Assembly (NCBI RefSeq): GCF_000150275.1
Contig: NW_002060963.1
Span: 205,669 to 269,668 of the forward strand
From: Trichoplax adhaerens
Taxonomy: Eukaryota > Animalia > Placozoa
DNA length: 64,000 nucleotides
Direction of reading: 5' to 3'
This document shows positions 52,531-64,000 of this stretch, one piece after another. Position 1 is the first letter of the stretch. Each line of letters begins with the position of its first letter. The position numbers and the translations under genes were made by a program. The notes under the pieces were generated by a model. The model saw only the letters and a program-made list of their open reading frames with translations. It made no database searches and had not been told where the DNA came from.

Positions 52531-53109
52531 TGTAAGCCATTAAAGCACATATTGATTCCAGTTATTATTTGAATCCATGATAAGCTAACACCAAGTTCTT
52601 TCATAGAGTTTGAGACACCGTCTGGCTTAGTTGTCTACTCTAGTCAGTAAACTTGAAATGGAAGCAACGTAAAAATTATAGTAAAATGATCTTTGCAAAT
52701 GAATTTTATGTTGACTGACCCTGATACAGCAAGAATATAGATCTCTTCTTCCCTTATCCAAATGACTTCCTATTCTAATTTTACTGTACTACAGTGGTAG
52801 TTTAGTAAATTTACTCGACATGGATAGTGTTATTCCTGGCACACGACGTAATCGTTTTACTTAGTGAAAAGAAGGTATCATGATCATTATGGACTACAGT
52901 CATTAGTCCATCAATTCATGAATACCAAAGTTATTATGGGCAGTTGCATTCAACTTGAGTGTATCCTAGGTATCGCCACAGTTTGACTCCAAATTGACTC
53001 GGATTTACACTAAAAAATGAATATTCAGAAGTCCCTAACTCAGTAAAATGCGCTTCCATTTTTTTCCCTTTTTTCTGCCTTCGTACCAACAGTCCAAATC
53101 GATACCAAC

Positions 53110-53205
53110 TGTGCTGTACACTGTACTGTACAGTCTATGTACACTGTACTGCACAGTACAGTACTGTAGAATACTTGTCTTCAGTATCCTCTGCTGTACT
53201 GTATG
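53110..53205. promoter_or_regulatory. (CAGTA/TACTG)n cluster upstream of a probable RTF1 5'-UTR exon (about 53220-53437)
   Basis: ctgtacactgtactgtacagtctatgtacactgtactgcacagtacagtactgta, followed by a CpG-containing segment and an AG|GTACGT donor at 53438. Confidence 0.5.
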
Positions 53206-54986
53206 ACGTGCCCGAACGCACGACGCAACTAGTTTGACCTGCTTTGACTGGTTGAACGTGCCAAGGGTAACCCAAATATTATTATTATTCATTGCAAGTT
53301 GGTTTCCTCTTGGCGCCACAACGGGGAAGATTGGTGTGGATTGTCGCCATTTCTCTTTCTCCTTAACAGTTGATTCTTTCACTGGCAAAGCCAATTCTTT
53401 GATCCACTTGGTTTTACTGTATCTCACTGAAGAATAGGTACGTTTTGATCCATGTTCACTAAGAACAAGCTTAATCAATGAAAGAAGACCAGCAAGAGGG
53501 ATCATTCCCACTCAATGGCCATCAATTGACTTGACTTACGTCTAGCAGTCACTTTGACTGTCTGTCTCCTATTCTTTTTTTCCTAGTCGTTCCTGGTCAG
53601 CATTAGCATCAATAGATTGATTCCTCCCCTATATTAATTGATAGAATTACCACCGTTTCTTCTTTATTCTTTGAAAATCCTTTCCCCAAATCATCCTATA
53701 GGCAATAGTCGATAAGTTTGTTCAAAATTGCTTTCAACCGTGTTCGCCATATCTTTTCGACTTGTTGGAGTATGGATAAAACCTCGATCTAGTACAGTGA
53801 AAAGAATGAGCTCAAGGTTATCGTGGATATTGAATTGACTAGTGTATTTGGACGATGCGGTACTGGGCTAAATTGAATAAATGGTTACCGAATTTCAAGC
53901 ATAACTGCCAAGATGCCTTTTCATATAGTATCCACAAGTGCATCTATTGCCAACTAGTCCATTTTCTCCCTAATAATATCGATGTCAGTTGTACGTAATA
54001 GACTGCATGGGTTGTTCTAGATGCATTTGCAATGGTCAAGCCGACATAATAGACAAGTGCAATAGTAAAATTGTACGTAGTTCTAATTTGGACTGTGCCG
54101 TCGACCACGATATTTTTGGACGATGATTCTTCACATTTCAATCGAATTTAATGACATTCAGTTCCATGGAATCCAATCAGATTAACTCTTTATGTCTAGT
54201 TTAAAATTTCAAAATGATAACTTACATTACTGTGAATCGACGAGGAATGATTATTTTGAGATGGAATGCGTAAAATTAAATTGATTATCATGCGTACTCA
54301 TTTTTTCCCATGAATTGTGAAACGGTCCTATTTCTATCAATGAATTTTATTCTTTGTATAGTAGTATACTGACTGTTATTGCATGGGAGGGCTATGAAGT
54401 TCTTCTCATTTCCAGTTGAATGATGGGAAAGTCAGAGCTATTTCGGTAGAAAATCACCAACGTTGATAGTATTACTGGAGATGATATGCTCGAGGTTCTA
54501 TCAATTCTTTGCTTATCGTTCTGCATTATCATCGAATCACTGGATGACGATAAATGATCGATAGATAGCTAGAGTATTCTGCCATAGAAAGTATTGTGAT
54601 AATAACTAATTAATTAATTAATCTTGGCTATCATTTAACTTAAGTACTATAGTTGGGGCACTGTACGATACTGTATTTTATAGTAATACCCATGGTTAGA
54701 ATCCTAATTTGATCAATGTAGATTAAGCTAATTCATTGATTTCTTATTGATTTGGGTTAGCAGTGAATGAATATGATTTCACTTTGTGTTTAGCCTGTAA
54801 ACAAATTGACCCTGTGATCTCATTATATTTCTATATTTCGACTGTTTGGCTATCGTAGCATAAATTGTACCGTACCAACACTATGAAACTACTTCATCAA
54901 TGGCTTGCTCAATTATATTTGTTAACTTTACTGCTATAATCAATTGCGTCAATTAACGGTTTTATTTTTTGTAATATTCGAAGAAA

Positions 54987-57900
54987 ATGAAAAGAAGAAA
55001 AGAGCAAGCTTTTCTATCATCAACAAGTGACGATGATAATAGTGATATGGATTTGAGCCAGGTATAGGATTATTCATCATGAGTAATGAAATCAGATTGA
55101 ACTATTTTTTCAGTAGTTTAATTGCAGTTTTTCACGAGTAACAAGAAAGAAGAGATTTTTGTTAACTTCATTATGGTCTTGTAGTAATATATCAAATTAA
55201 TGATGAATTAGAAATTGCTCAGTTTACCAAAAAGATCACGGCAAGGCGGTGCAACACAGAAAGATACCAGTAATAGTAAAAAAGCAATTGTAGAGGAAGA
55301 TAACTCTGCAAGTAGTGATTCAGAATCTGAATTAAGCGATGATGAAGAGGTAAAATTGTACATTTTAACATCCTATCATTTTCATAAACTATAAAATCCG
55401 AGAAGAACAATAATGCTAAATAAAATGCAATCATATGTACCTATAACTTATAAGTATACGTTATCTTTTCTTTCTTTAGTGGACAACTTCGAAGAAGCAA
55501 CAACGCCAGAAGGCCGCTAATGCAGCTAGTAAACGCAAAAATAATCGAGGTGGAAAGCGTGGACAACAGCGTCGCCGAAAGAAAAAATATTCTTCAGAGT
55601 TGGAAGATTCAGAGGAAGACGACGATGCAAATATTGAAGATCAGCTAGAAGACACAGACAGCGATGAAGATGAAAGTAGTGACGAAGATGGGCAGGCATC
55701 TTCTACTTCATCCGAATCATCATTCGATGAAGCACGATTTGACGATGGCTTAGACGATGACTTGATGGGGGACGATGAAGATCGAGCTAGGTAACGTGTA
55801 ATGCTTTTATTATTATCTGGATGTTTGCTATGTTCATAAAAGTTGACATAAATACTTTATTTACATTTACTGTATACCAATTAGCGTTATAGCGTAGACT
55901 TTATTATTTAATAAAAAAGTTTCAATACGAGTTCGTGTTTACAATTCTTATGAAAACATTTAAAAATGAAACAACTACAAAACTAGTATGATAAACACTT
56001 GGACAAAGGTAGTCTCAGTCGATGCTGAAACTTTACCCGCATTATATTGAATGTTACAATATTATATAATTATATAACATAGAATGGCTAAACTAACGGA
56101 AAAAGAAAGGGAACAAGAATTATTTAATCGCGTTGAAAAAAGAGAAGCTCTGAAAACACGTTACACAATCGAAATGAAACTAAGAAAGGCAAGGAAAGAT
56201 GAACGAAAGAAAAAGAAGAATATATTAGGTATTGTCAAGTACCGTTATAAAAATGTTGTATGATAACAGTAACAAAATCCATGCATAATAATTTGATAAA
56301 ATATCATCCTAAGATTTTTCCGTGATGTTTTATCGTAAAATAAATTGACTTACTTTTTTAATGCGATACTTATTATTCTAAACTGAATGGATGGTCATTC
56401 CTTGTACAATTAGTTATCATGCATTATATATTCGTGTCAGTAATAACGGTACTGCGAGTATTACTTTAGTTCTAAAGCCTGCCTGCCTTACCAGTTAAAA
56501 TTAGACTGTATAAACTCATTAGTTCTATCGCTGTTACTAATACTATTTTAAATCATCGCATTGCACAACTGAATGAGCAGCAGCCAGTGCATTAGATCGC
56601 CAAGATAGACGGCGTGCAATGAAGCGAAAGCGTGATAAAGAACTTGAAAAAATAAGAAGCAGACGCGAAAAAAGGATTTCGAAAAAACCAGCTGAACCTA
56701 CTACTTTTATGCAATCACGTCGCCACTTGACAACAAGTGATGTCTTTACCGATGATGACGATGACGATATCAGAGGTACTTCAAAATCCGATACTGATAA
56801 TTTCAAAGATGGTTATTCGCCAATACGACATTATGAGTAAGTTTATATTCTAGATATGCTAATTTATCTAACTATTGACTAGCTCGCAGATGGACGGCCG
56901 TCACTACTACTAATAAGACGTCTATACTATATAGTACTGCATGAGTACTCATGAGATATTTGTTACTATGAATAACCCTAAATTTTATCTTACTACTGTT
57001 TAAATATACAAGTTCTCCGCAATCAGAAATCGTCACTTATATAACAACAAGAGCTCAATTATCAACAATTAGATTATCCAGAAGCAAGTTAGAAAGGTAA
57101 ATGACTCATAAATATACTTTCTAATTATTTTAGCAAGTTTTATCTTTTGTATAGGATACGAGTAGTTGTAAGTAGTGAATCAGTCTTTATGGCTAATGAT
57201 TACTAAAATTTCGTTTTAGTTATCTTTGTTATAAATATTTATTTCTGTAAATTTTCCACAAGTATTTCAGTAGACAATAAATAAGTAGATGGTACCCTAG
57301 TACCGCATAATATGCTATTACTCTATACTTTTATGTTGTATGACAGATACTCGATATGGAATTTTTCAAGTTTGAATCCGAAAATATTTTATTTTGTTAA
57401 ATTAATGTAGATATATATTTGGTTATTCATTTCCTCTATAGATGGGTTCACATGCCTTTTTTTGCAGAAACTGTAGTCGGATGCTTCGTTCGCGTCGGTA
57501 TTGGAAGTCACGAAGGAAAACAAATCTACAGGGTATTGTCTCATATTACAGATATCGACATACATGCATAAGTACCATGTAGACCTCTGCTTATAAGTCA
57601 TGTATAATTGTATGAACAGGTAGCTGAAATCATAGATGTTATTGAGAGTGGTAGAGTGTATAATTTAAATAAAACATCGACGAATAAGGTGTTACATCTA
57701 AGGTCTGTAAGCTTGCATAATTGTAAAGTAATGCACAATTGATAGTATTATGATAATTTGGATAGTAGGTTTCGCCTTGTCAGCAGCCACGGATATAAAA
57801 TATGCATACGTATTTTGTTGTTATAGGCATGGACTAGATGAGCAAAATTTTAGAATGGAATATGTATCAAACAGCAATTTTACGGACAATGAATTTCTTA

Positions 57901-59534
57901 AATGGAAGACAAAGGTAACCCGAATGTTATAAAATTATATATTATTGCACTGTTGACGAAACAGCTGCTAAGATTTGATGAAACTGCAACATGTAGATGA
58001 AAGAATTGGATCTTAATTTGCCAAGCCAAGACGATGTTGACAAGAAAAAGGAAGATATTATAAGGGCTGCTAATTATAACTTTGATGATGCTGACATTGA
58101 TGAGGTACCTCGTACGTTTAATTCGAAAGTAATAGAGGGTAGTGAACTGACTTGTTGCCTTACGACTTTATGCATCGTTATTAATTGCAATATTAGATTA
58201 TCGCCGAAAAAGATAAGTTTCGTAAAAATCCTTCCAATTTCGCAGTGAAGCAAAGTAAATTAGAGCAAGCAATGGTATGATGAACGGATAAAAAGAGAAT
58301 TAATCAATAAGTTGTGCGCAATTGCTGTAGTTAGCTAGCCAATAATTTACTACAATATGCCAATGTGATTTTAGGAAGCTGCTCAGTATCGTGGGGATGA
58401 AGATGAAGTTAATCGTATTAAATCAGAGATTGAAAATTTGGATAAAAAGGCTGAGCAAATTAGCAAATGGCGCTCCCAAAGGCTGGATCCAATAATGTAA
58501 GCGTGATATCTCGATTTGAATTTAATCACTGAGGCTAGACTCAAAGGATATTGTCTTATGTAAATTTTAAAATATCTCACACAGGTCTATTAATCAGAGG
58601 AATCGCCAAAAAAACTTAGCAGAAATAGAGAAAGCTCTAGCTGTATGAACTATAAGAAATAAGCGTAACGTTTAAGTTTTCCTTAAAATTGAAAATTTAT
58701 TTTCGTTATTTTATTAGAGGGAAGTTGCATCGGATGGTGTTTGTGCCGACCCATTTACTCGGAGAAAGTGCCAGCCAATTTTAGTCAGCATGGTAAGATT
58801 CCGTATTTATGTGCTAGATTGACTTTTGCAGCTGCAATTCCTACGGTTAAATATAGTTAGATTGAGCTTAAATTGTATTTAATAGTATTTCAATTTTATA
58901 ATTTAGGTAAAGGACGTACAAAATGTCTACACTAGTAGCCCGACCAAGTCCTCTAATAAATTGCCAAAATCTAATTTAATGGAAAATAGTAATGTACGTT
59001 CTCTTAAGTGTTATTCAACTATGTACGATATCATGATATATATATATTGAATTGGATATTCTACAGATGTCTGAATCATCCATTGGGCAAACGCCGATCG
59101 CAGCTGAGTTGGTAAGAGTTGAATATGGTCGCACGTAAACTTTATTAAATTAAAATTTTAAGGATGAACTTTGATATATGTGTAATTGATGCTTTGATAC
59201 ATCTAGAATAATATATCTTCGCAAGACTTGGGTGCGTCGCCTAAATTAGAAGGTCAGAAAGAAGTTGTGAACTTGTTTAGTGCCCACGACTTTGACGTGA
59301 AAATTGATATCGATGTTGGTCCGCCAGGTATGCAATTGTACCTAATTCAGGCATATCTGTATTTTCTGCTACCTGAGAGTTAATGTGATTGTCTTTTGTT
59401 TGACAATTGGTATCCTCATAGCCCCAGGAATATCCATTCCTCGGAAGCAGACAGATAATAAAGCAGCAAATCAGGGAACATCAAGAAGATGCTTAAACCT
59501 TAGCGATTATAAGAAACGAAAAGGATTAATCTAA
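54987..59534 (+). CDS. RTF1: RNA polymerase-associated protein RTF1 (PAF1 complex, Plus3 domain); multi-exon
   Basis: MKRRKEQA...DLSQ|KLLSLPKR; [18 protein letters not shown]|[16 protein letters not shown]; Plus3 [10 protein letters not shown]|[21 protein letters not shown]...; [10 protein letters not shown]; [14 protein letters not shown]; C-terminus [13 protein letters not shown]. Confidence 0.95.
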
Positions 59535-62098
59535 GTGTTCTCGTTGTTACAATAAAGCAATGTATAATAACTATGGTGTAAATATGTTCCCGTAGTAATT
59601 TTAATTTGTTATGAAATCATTACAGTAGGTTCATGGAACATTTAAAAGCTATTTTTATGGCGTTTCTCTTATACTAATGACAAGTTGTATTTTATGGTGT
59701 TGTCTTAAATGTTATGTTATGCTTTACATTTATGATATCTTTAGCTTCTCATAGCAATGCACTTATGTAAATACTTCGGAGTTTGCGCTTGTATATAGCG
59801 TTCCTGAATGATCTCTTAGAGCAATAGATGAAATTCACCTAATTTTAAATTAAGACGCCCTTATTTTAGCTTGTATTAGGTTAAGCAACATTTGGTCTTA
59901 GTAATAAAGCACCCTACATTCGTATATTGAGATAATGACTAATGCGAAAGATCAGTTTATGCGTATTTTAATATTACTGCTTTAGTTGATTGGATTGGCA
60001 ATACGACTTTCATACCCATGTAATTAAAAGAGCATAATTTATATAGTGAACCGTGTACATTTATAATCATGAAGTCATGATGATAAAGCTGCAAGATTTA
60101 GCAAGGTTTCCTCCGTAATCAAATCTTTTCTTTCATTAGCTAAGATCTTTATGAAGTACTATAGTTAGCTGTATTGTCTTTCTTAGCCGTTTTCAACATG
60201 TATCACGTAACTGTATCAAGGATAGGTTGCCTACGAATATTCTAGTTGCTGAAGACGAATTAAATCTTATATGATATACACGCATTAGTCTTTCATGAGT
60301 CACAAGCTCTATAGAGGCACATAAAACAATTTCACGAACTTTATTTCAAAATAGTTCCCCGTTTTTCATAAAAAAAATGGTAAGTATTGAAATAATCCTA
60401 AGGTAATATAAATAAACGTAAAATACCAAATTATAACCTTTCTAACGGTTGACATAAGGGTACTTCATTGCTGCAATATCAAGTGTTTTGACATTGCAAT
60501 TACTAATTTTGGAGGGTTGATGAGCAATAATATCGCGAGATTGTGCTTAGTACAAAAACAATCACGCGCTAAGAGCAATTCAAGTTTACAAGGCACGTGT
60601 AAGTGTAAACAGGTTAGCACTCCAGGATAATACTGTATTATGTACGGTGTTAGAAATTATTTAGACGAATTTAGATAATAAAGGGTTTAACTTCAAGCTG
60701 CCAAACAATGATGAAACGAGAATGCCGAAATAGATGTTAATAAGGCACCAATCCCTTTAGTCTCTGCAACATTTCTCAGTAGATTTTATGCTAGAATTGC
60801 TAAGCTAATTTCGGGGTCTGATACCTATATAGTAAGATTACAATAATTATACATTCTGGTGGATGCATCATGAAAATACGATGAGATCATTTACGCTGTG
60901 TTCTACAGTTATCGCTGCTACGTTCATACTCTGATAGCCCCTCGATTAATGGTATGCGTCCTGTCTTGAATGTCTTTGCATGAAAGTAGAAAAAAATTTA
61001 CTTCGTTTTGTATTTATATTCTATTCTCTTAATCTTATGTACACTTAGGAAAATTAGTGAATATAGCGGTCATTTCGATTAAGATAAAGAAGACTATATT
61101 ATTTCTTTGTTATTTATTTGCTTAAGTGATGACTTCAATTTTATGAGAATAAAAACGTAAATTTACTGTTAAAATTTGCCACTAACGTCTTAGATAAATA
61201 ATAATCTAGGCTCTAGTCATCTACGTAGCTGACAGTATAATGAATAACAAATACATAGTGAGATTTAATAAAATTCTCTGCACTTTCAGAAGTGATCCTT
61301 CATTATGATAAGCTTAATAAAGTTTACGTTGGTATAACGATAAGAAAATAATAACGAGAGTTAATTACTTATACGAGATCTTGGTAAAACCTATACTTTG
61401 ATCAGATATTACGATGACTCTTCATTGTAAAAATAATAGATACCTCACCAATTACAATTACAATTATAATAGCCAGATAATCGTAGCATACTCGTAAATG
61501 AATTTATTTTACAATAATAAACTGGTGACATAGTTACAAGAATACCGAAATTAAGGGATAATAAAGTATCTATATTTAATTATTACTAACAATCCAATTC
61601 CTGGTGTTTACGTTTTGGACTTGTTTTAAAGGGGTGTAAGCGAATATAACAATAGAATTTGGAGCTGCTGTTAAAATTCTATAAACCAATTTTCCGATAC
61701 GTTAGTCGGAATGATCTACTATTTACAATAAATCTTAGCTATTAATAAATGATAAACATATATTTTAATATAATAAATCTGGTAAAAATCCTGTTTTTAA
61801 TCTATTTGCAAAATACCATTCTCGCGTTATTATTTTACTAGAGTTAAGAATCTTATAGTAACCCATGTCTATAGAATTGTTGAAAGTTCTATCTTGTAAT
61901 GATAACATACTTCTGTACTTTATATTAAAAGCCCTAAAATACCAGAATGTAACTGTCACAAACTTAACTTGCGAAGTACTATCCTAAACTAATGATTACT
62001 TATTCCTATTTCCACTACACCTGGAGATCTACTGTGTGGTAGTCCTATACTACTTACAGTCACATAGTTGGCAGCTTATCTGTGTAGTCGAGAGTTAG

Positions 62099-62776
62099 TT
62101 CAACTACGATAGTAGCCTAAGTCAGTTTCTAATAACTCTTGATCGTTATCTGCACCTAGTTTATCCTTTTCAAAATTCTCGCTTATCTAGTAAAACTACT
62201 ATCTTGGCGTTAGCAGTTCTTTGGATAATGTCAATCGCATTAGTTGGATTACCAATTATTTATAGTATTAATCAACCGTCAATTAATCGTCTATATTCTA
62301 GTAACATTGCATGTTTGCCTTGCAATTTTAATAATCCATATTTATTAACGTGGCTATTGTGTTATGCTGGATTAACCTTCGTCGTTTAGATTTTTATTGC
62401 AATCATGTATGTCATAACTCTATCGACACTGGCAAATTCACGTAAAGAAGCTCATAGACGTTTATCAAACACTGATAAAATTATTCGGGCTAAAATGATT
62501 ACTATCATAGTAACGAATTTAATTTGTTGGCTACCATTATATGTAATATTAATTCGAGATTTTGGTTCTGGATTAGACACGCATTCACTCCCATTTATTG
62601 CTGTGTTATCATTGCCACTAAATTCATGTATTAACCGGATTCTTTTTACACTCTTTACAACTACTTTTATTGATTACATTAACTTGGTTATTGGAAAGTT
62701 AAATTGCTGTTCATGTTTAACATTCTTTCGATCAATTCATAAGTCAAATTCAAGGCAGTCAACTACAAGGGAGTAG
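62099..62776 (+). pseudogene. Decayed rhodopsin-class GPCR of LGR/RXFP type (TM3-TM7 remnant)
   Basis: LITLDRYLHLVYPF (TM3) and KMITIIVTNLICWLP (TM6). TM7 LPLNSCINRILFT has lost NPxxY. There is an in-frame TAG at 62387-62389 within TM5 and another at 62096-62098, and no intact TM1-2 upstream. Confidence 0.8.
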
Positions 62777-64000
62777 GTTAAGGCCTATTTCTAAAGTAAA
62801 GTGATTTATATATTTCTGAAGCCTTATTATATGCGATTTCTTTAACCATTAAATATTAATATATATCTCAACGAATAAGAAACAATGTATAACAATTACA
62901 GTAGTCCTAATTTATCTGAGGTAATCCATTTTAAAAGATTCGCAATGTTCAAAATCAAGTATTTTACGCATTTGCTTTTGCCTAGTACGGTTATTCCGTA
63001 TTTCTTACTTTAAACCATAAACTATCTTGGCTTTAGCGAGACTAATTTTAAAATCCTTTAGCAATATCTAACATAATCATAAATTTTATTCGTCTAGTAC
63101 TTGCTTTAACTATTGTACAATCTGAACTGGATCAGTAGCGTTTACCTTACTTCATATCGTGACCATTACTAGAGCGAAAGTACGGTAGTGATTTTCATGC
63201 AATTTGCAAAACAAACGCATATGACAATTGCATGACATGAACAGCTCTTTCCTTATAGCATAAAGGCTAGAGTAAACTTTGCTAATACTTAAGGGAGATG
63301 TATTTCGATGAGTAATGAATTCGAATAGTCTGCTATTCTTATAGCTAGTATAATCACTAAAATTATTGAAAATTATATTACATTTATCCAAGATTTATAC
63401 AGGGTATAGGCATATCATTTATTTATTGTACTTAATATTATCTATCACTAGTAGTACAGAATAGCCATGTTAAGTAAGATTTTTTGATTAGCTCATATGT
63501 ACGTATAATTAACTTCGATGCAAGGATTACATCAAAGTCGAATTACCTCATAATTACAAAGCGAATCATTTCGGTTAGATGCAGTTTTACAACGTGAAAG
63601 ATAGCTTGCTTTGGAAAAAGGAGATATTATTTTATACATACATCAAATCGTAAAACTGTGAATTAAAAAATATTTTTAGTTGTTCGTGGTACTGTGAAGG
63701 AAATGAATGTAGAGTCGAAATAGATGGTGTCAAGAAGCTATTTCTGAATATATTGTAGGTCCTATATTTTTAGTATTTATAGTGGATTAGGTACCGTTTG
63801 TATTCATGCGGTTGTATTTACAAGATATATTCTCTTTTCTGCAGCGTAACTTGTTATTAAGCAGATGCCACTGACATAATGCTACTGAGCAATTCCATTC
63901 GTTTGCAATCCAATTCCCTAACATCGCAGCAGATTTTTCATATTATTATTAAGATTATACAAGCAATCCAATCTTTGCACCTGAATAATATAGTCCATGG

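Noticed and set aside
62387-62389. Programmed readthrough of the in-frame TAG in the GPCR
   Set aside because: Other lesions (upstream stop, missing TM1-2, lost NPxxY) point to pseudogenisation.

Overview
AT-rich, gene-dense eukaryotic (animal) genomic DNA with many short introns. The composition, the human-like intron positions, the minor-spliceosome introns and an LGR-type GPCR relic fit an early-branching metazoan, most likely a placozoan such as Trichoplax; this assignment is inference. Hand-spliced gene order: CNIH1-like exon 1 (-), CNIH4 (+), SEL1L (-), GSTZ1 (+), secreted single thyroglobulin-type-1 domain protein (+), RBM25 (-), BAR-PH-ArfGAP ACAP-like gene (-), ZFYVE1/DFCP1 (+), DCAF4 (-), RTF1 (+), and a decayed LGR/RXFP-like GPCR (+). 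Most ORF-track entries are exon fragments or shadow ORFs. Highlights: (1) dense, palindrome-rich (CAGTA/TACTG)n clusters sit at nearly every gene 5' end and are rare elsewhere; (2) two abutting foldback elements have different arms but an identical core; (3) DCAF4 has a U12 intron that best ends AT-AA, and CNIH4 has a U12 GT-AG intron whose head-to-head paralogue carries a U2 intron at the equivalent position; (4) RBM25-ZFYVE1-DCAF4 order and orientation match human 14q24.2; (5) promoter-proximal tandem duplications recur, including a ~220-bp hairpin-containing array and a ~139-bp array. All exon boundaries were inferred by eye without transcript data, and homology calls rest on recalled protein sequences.
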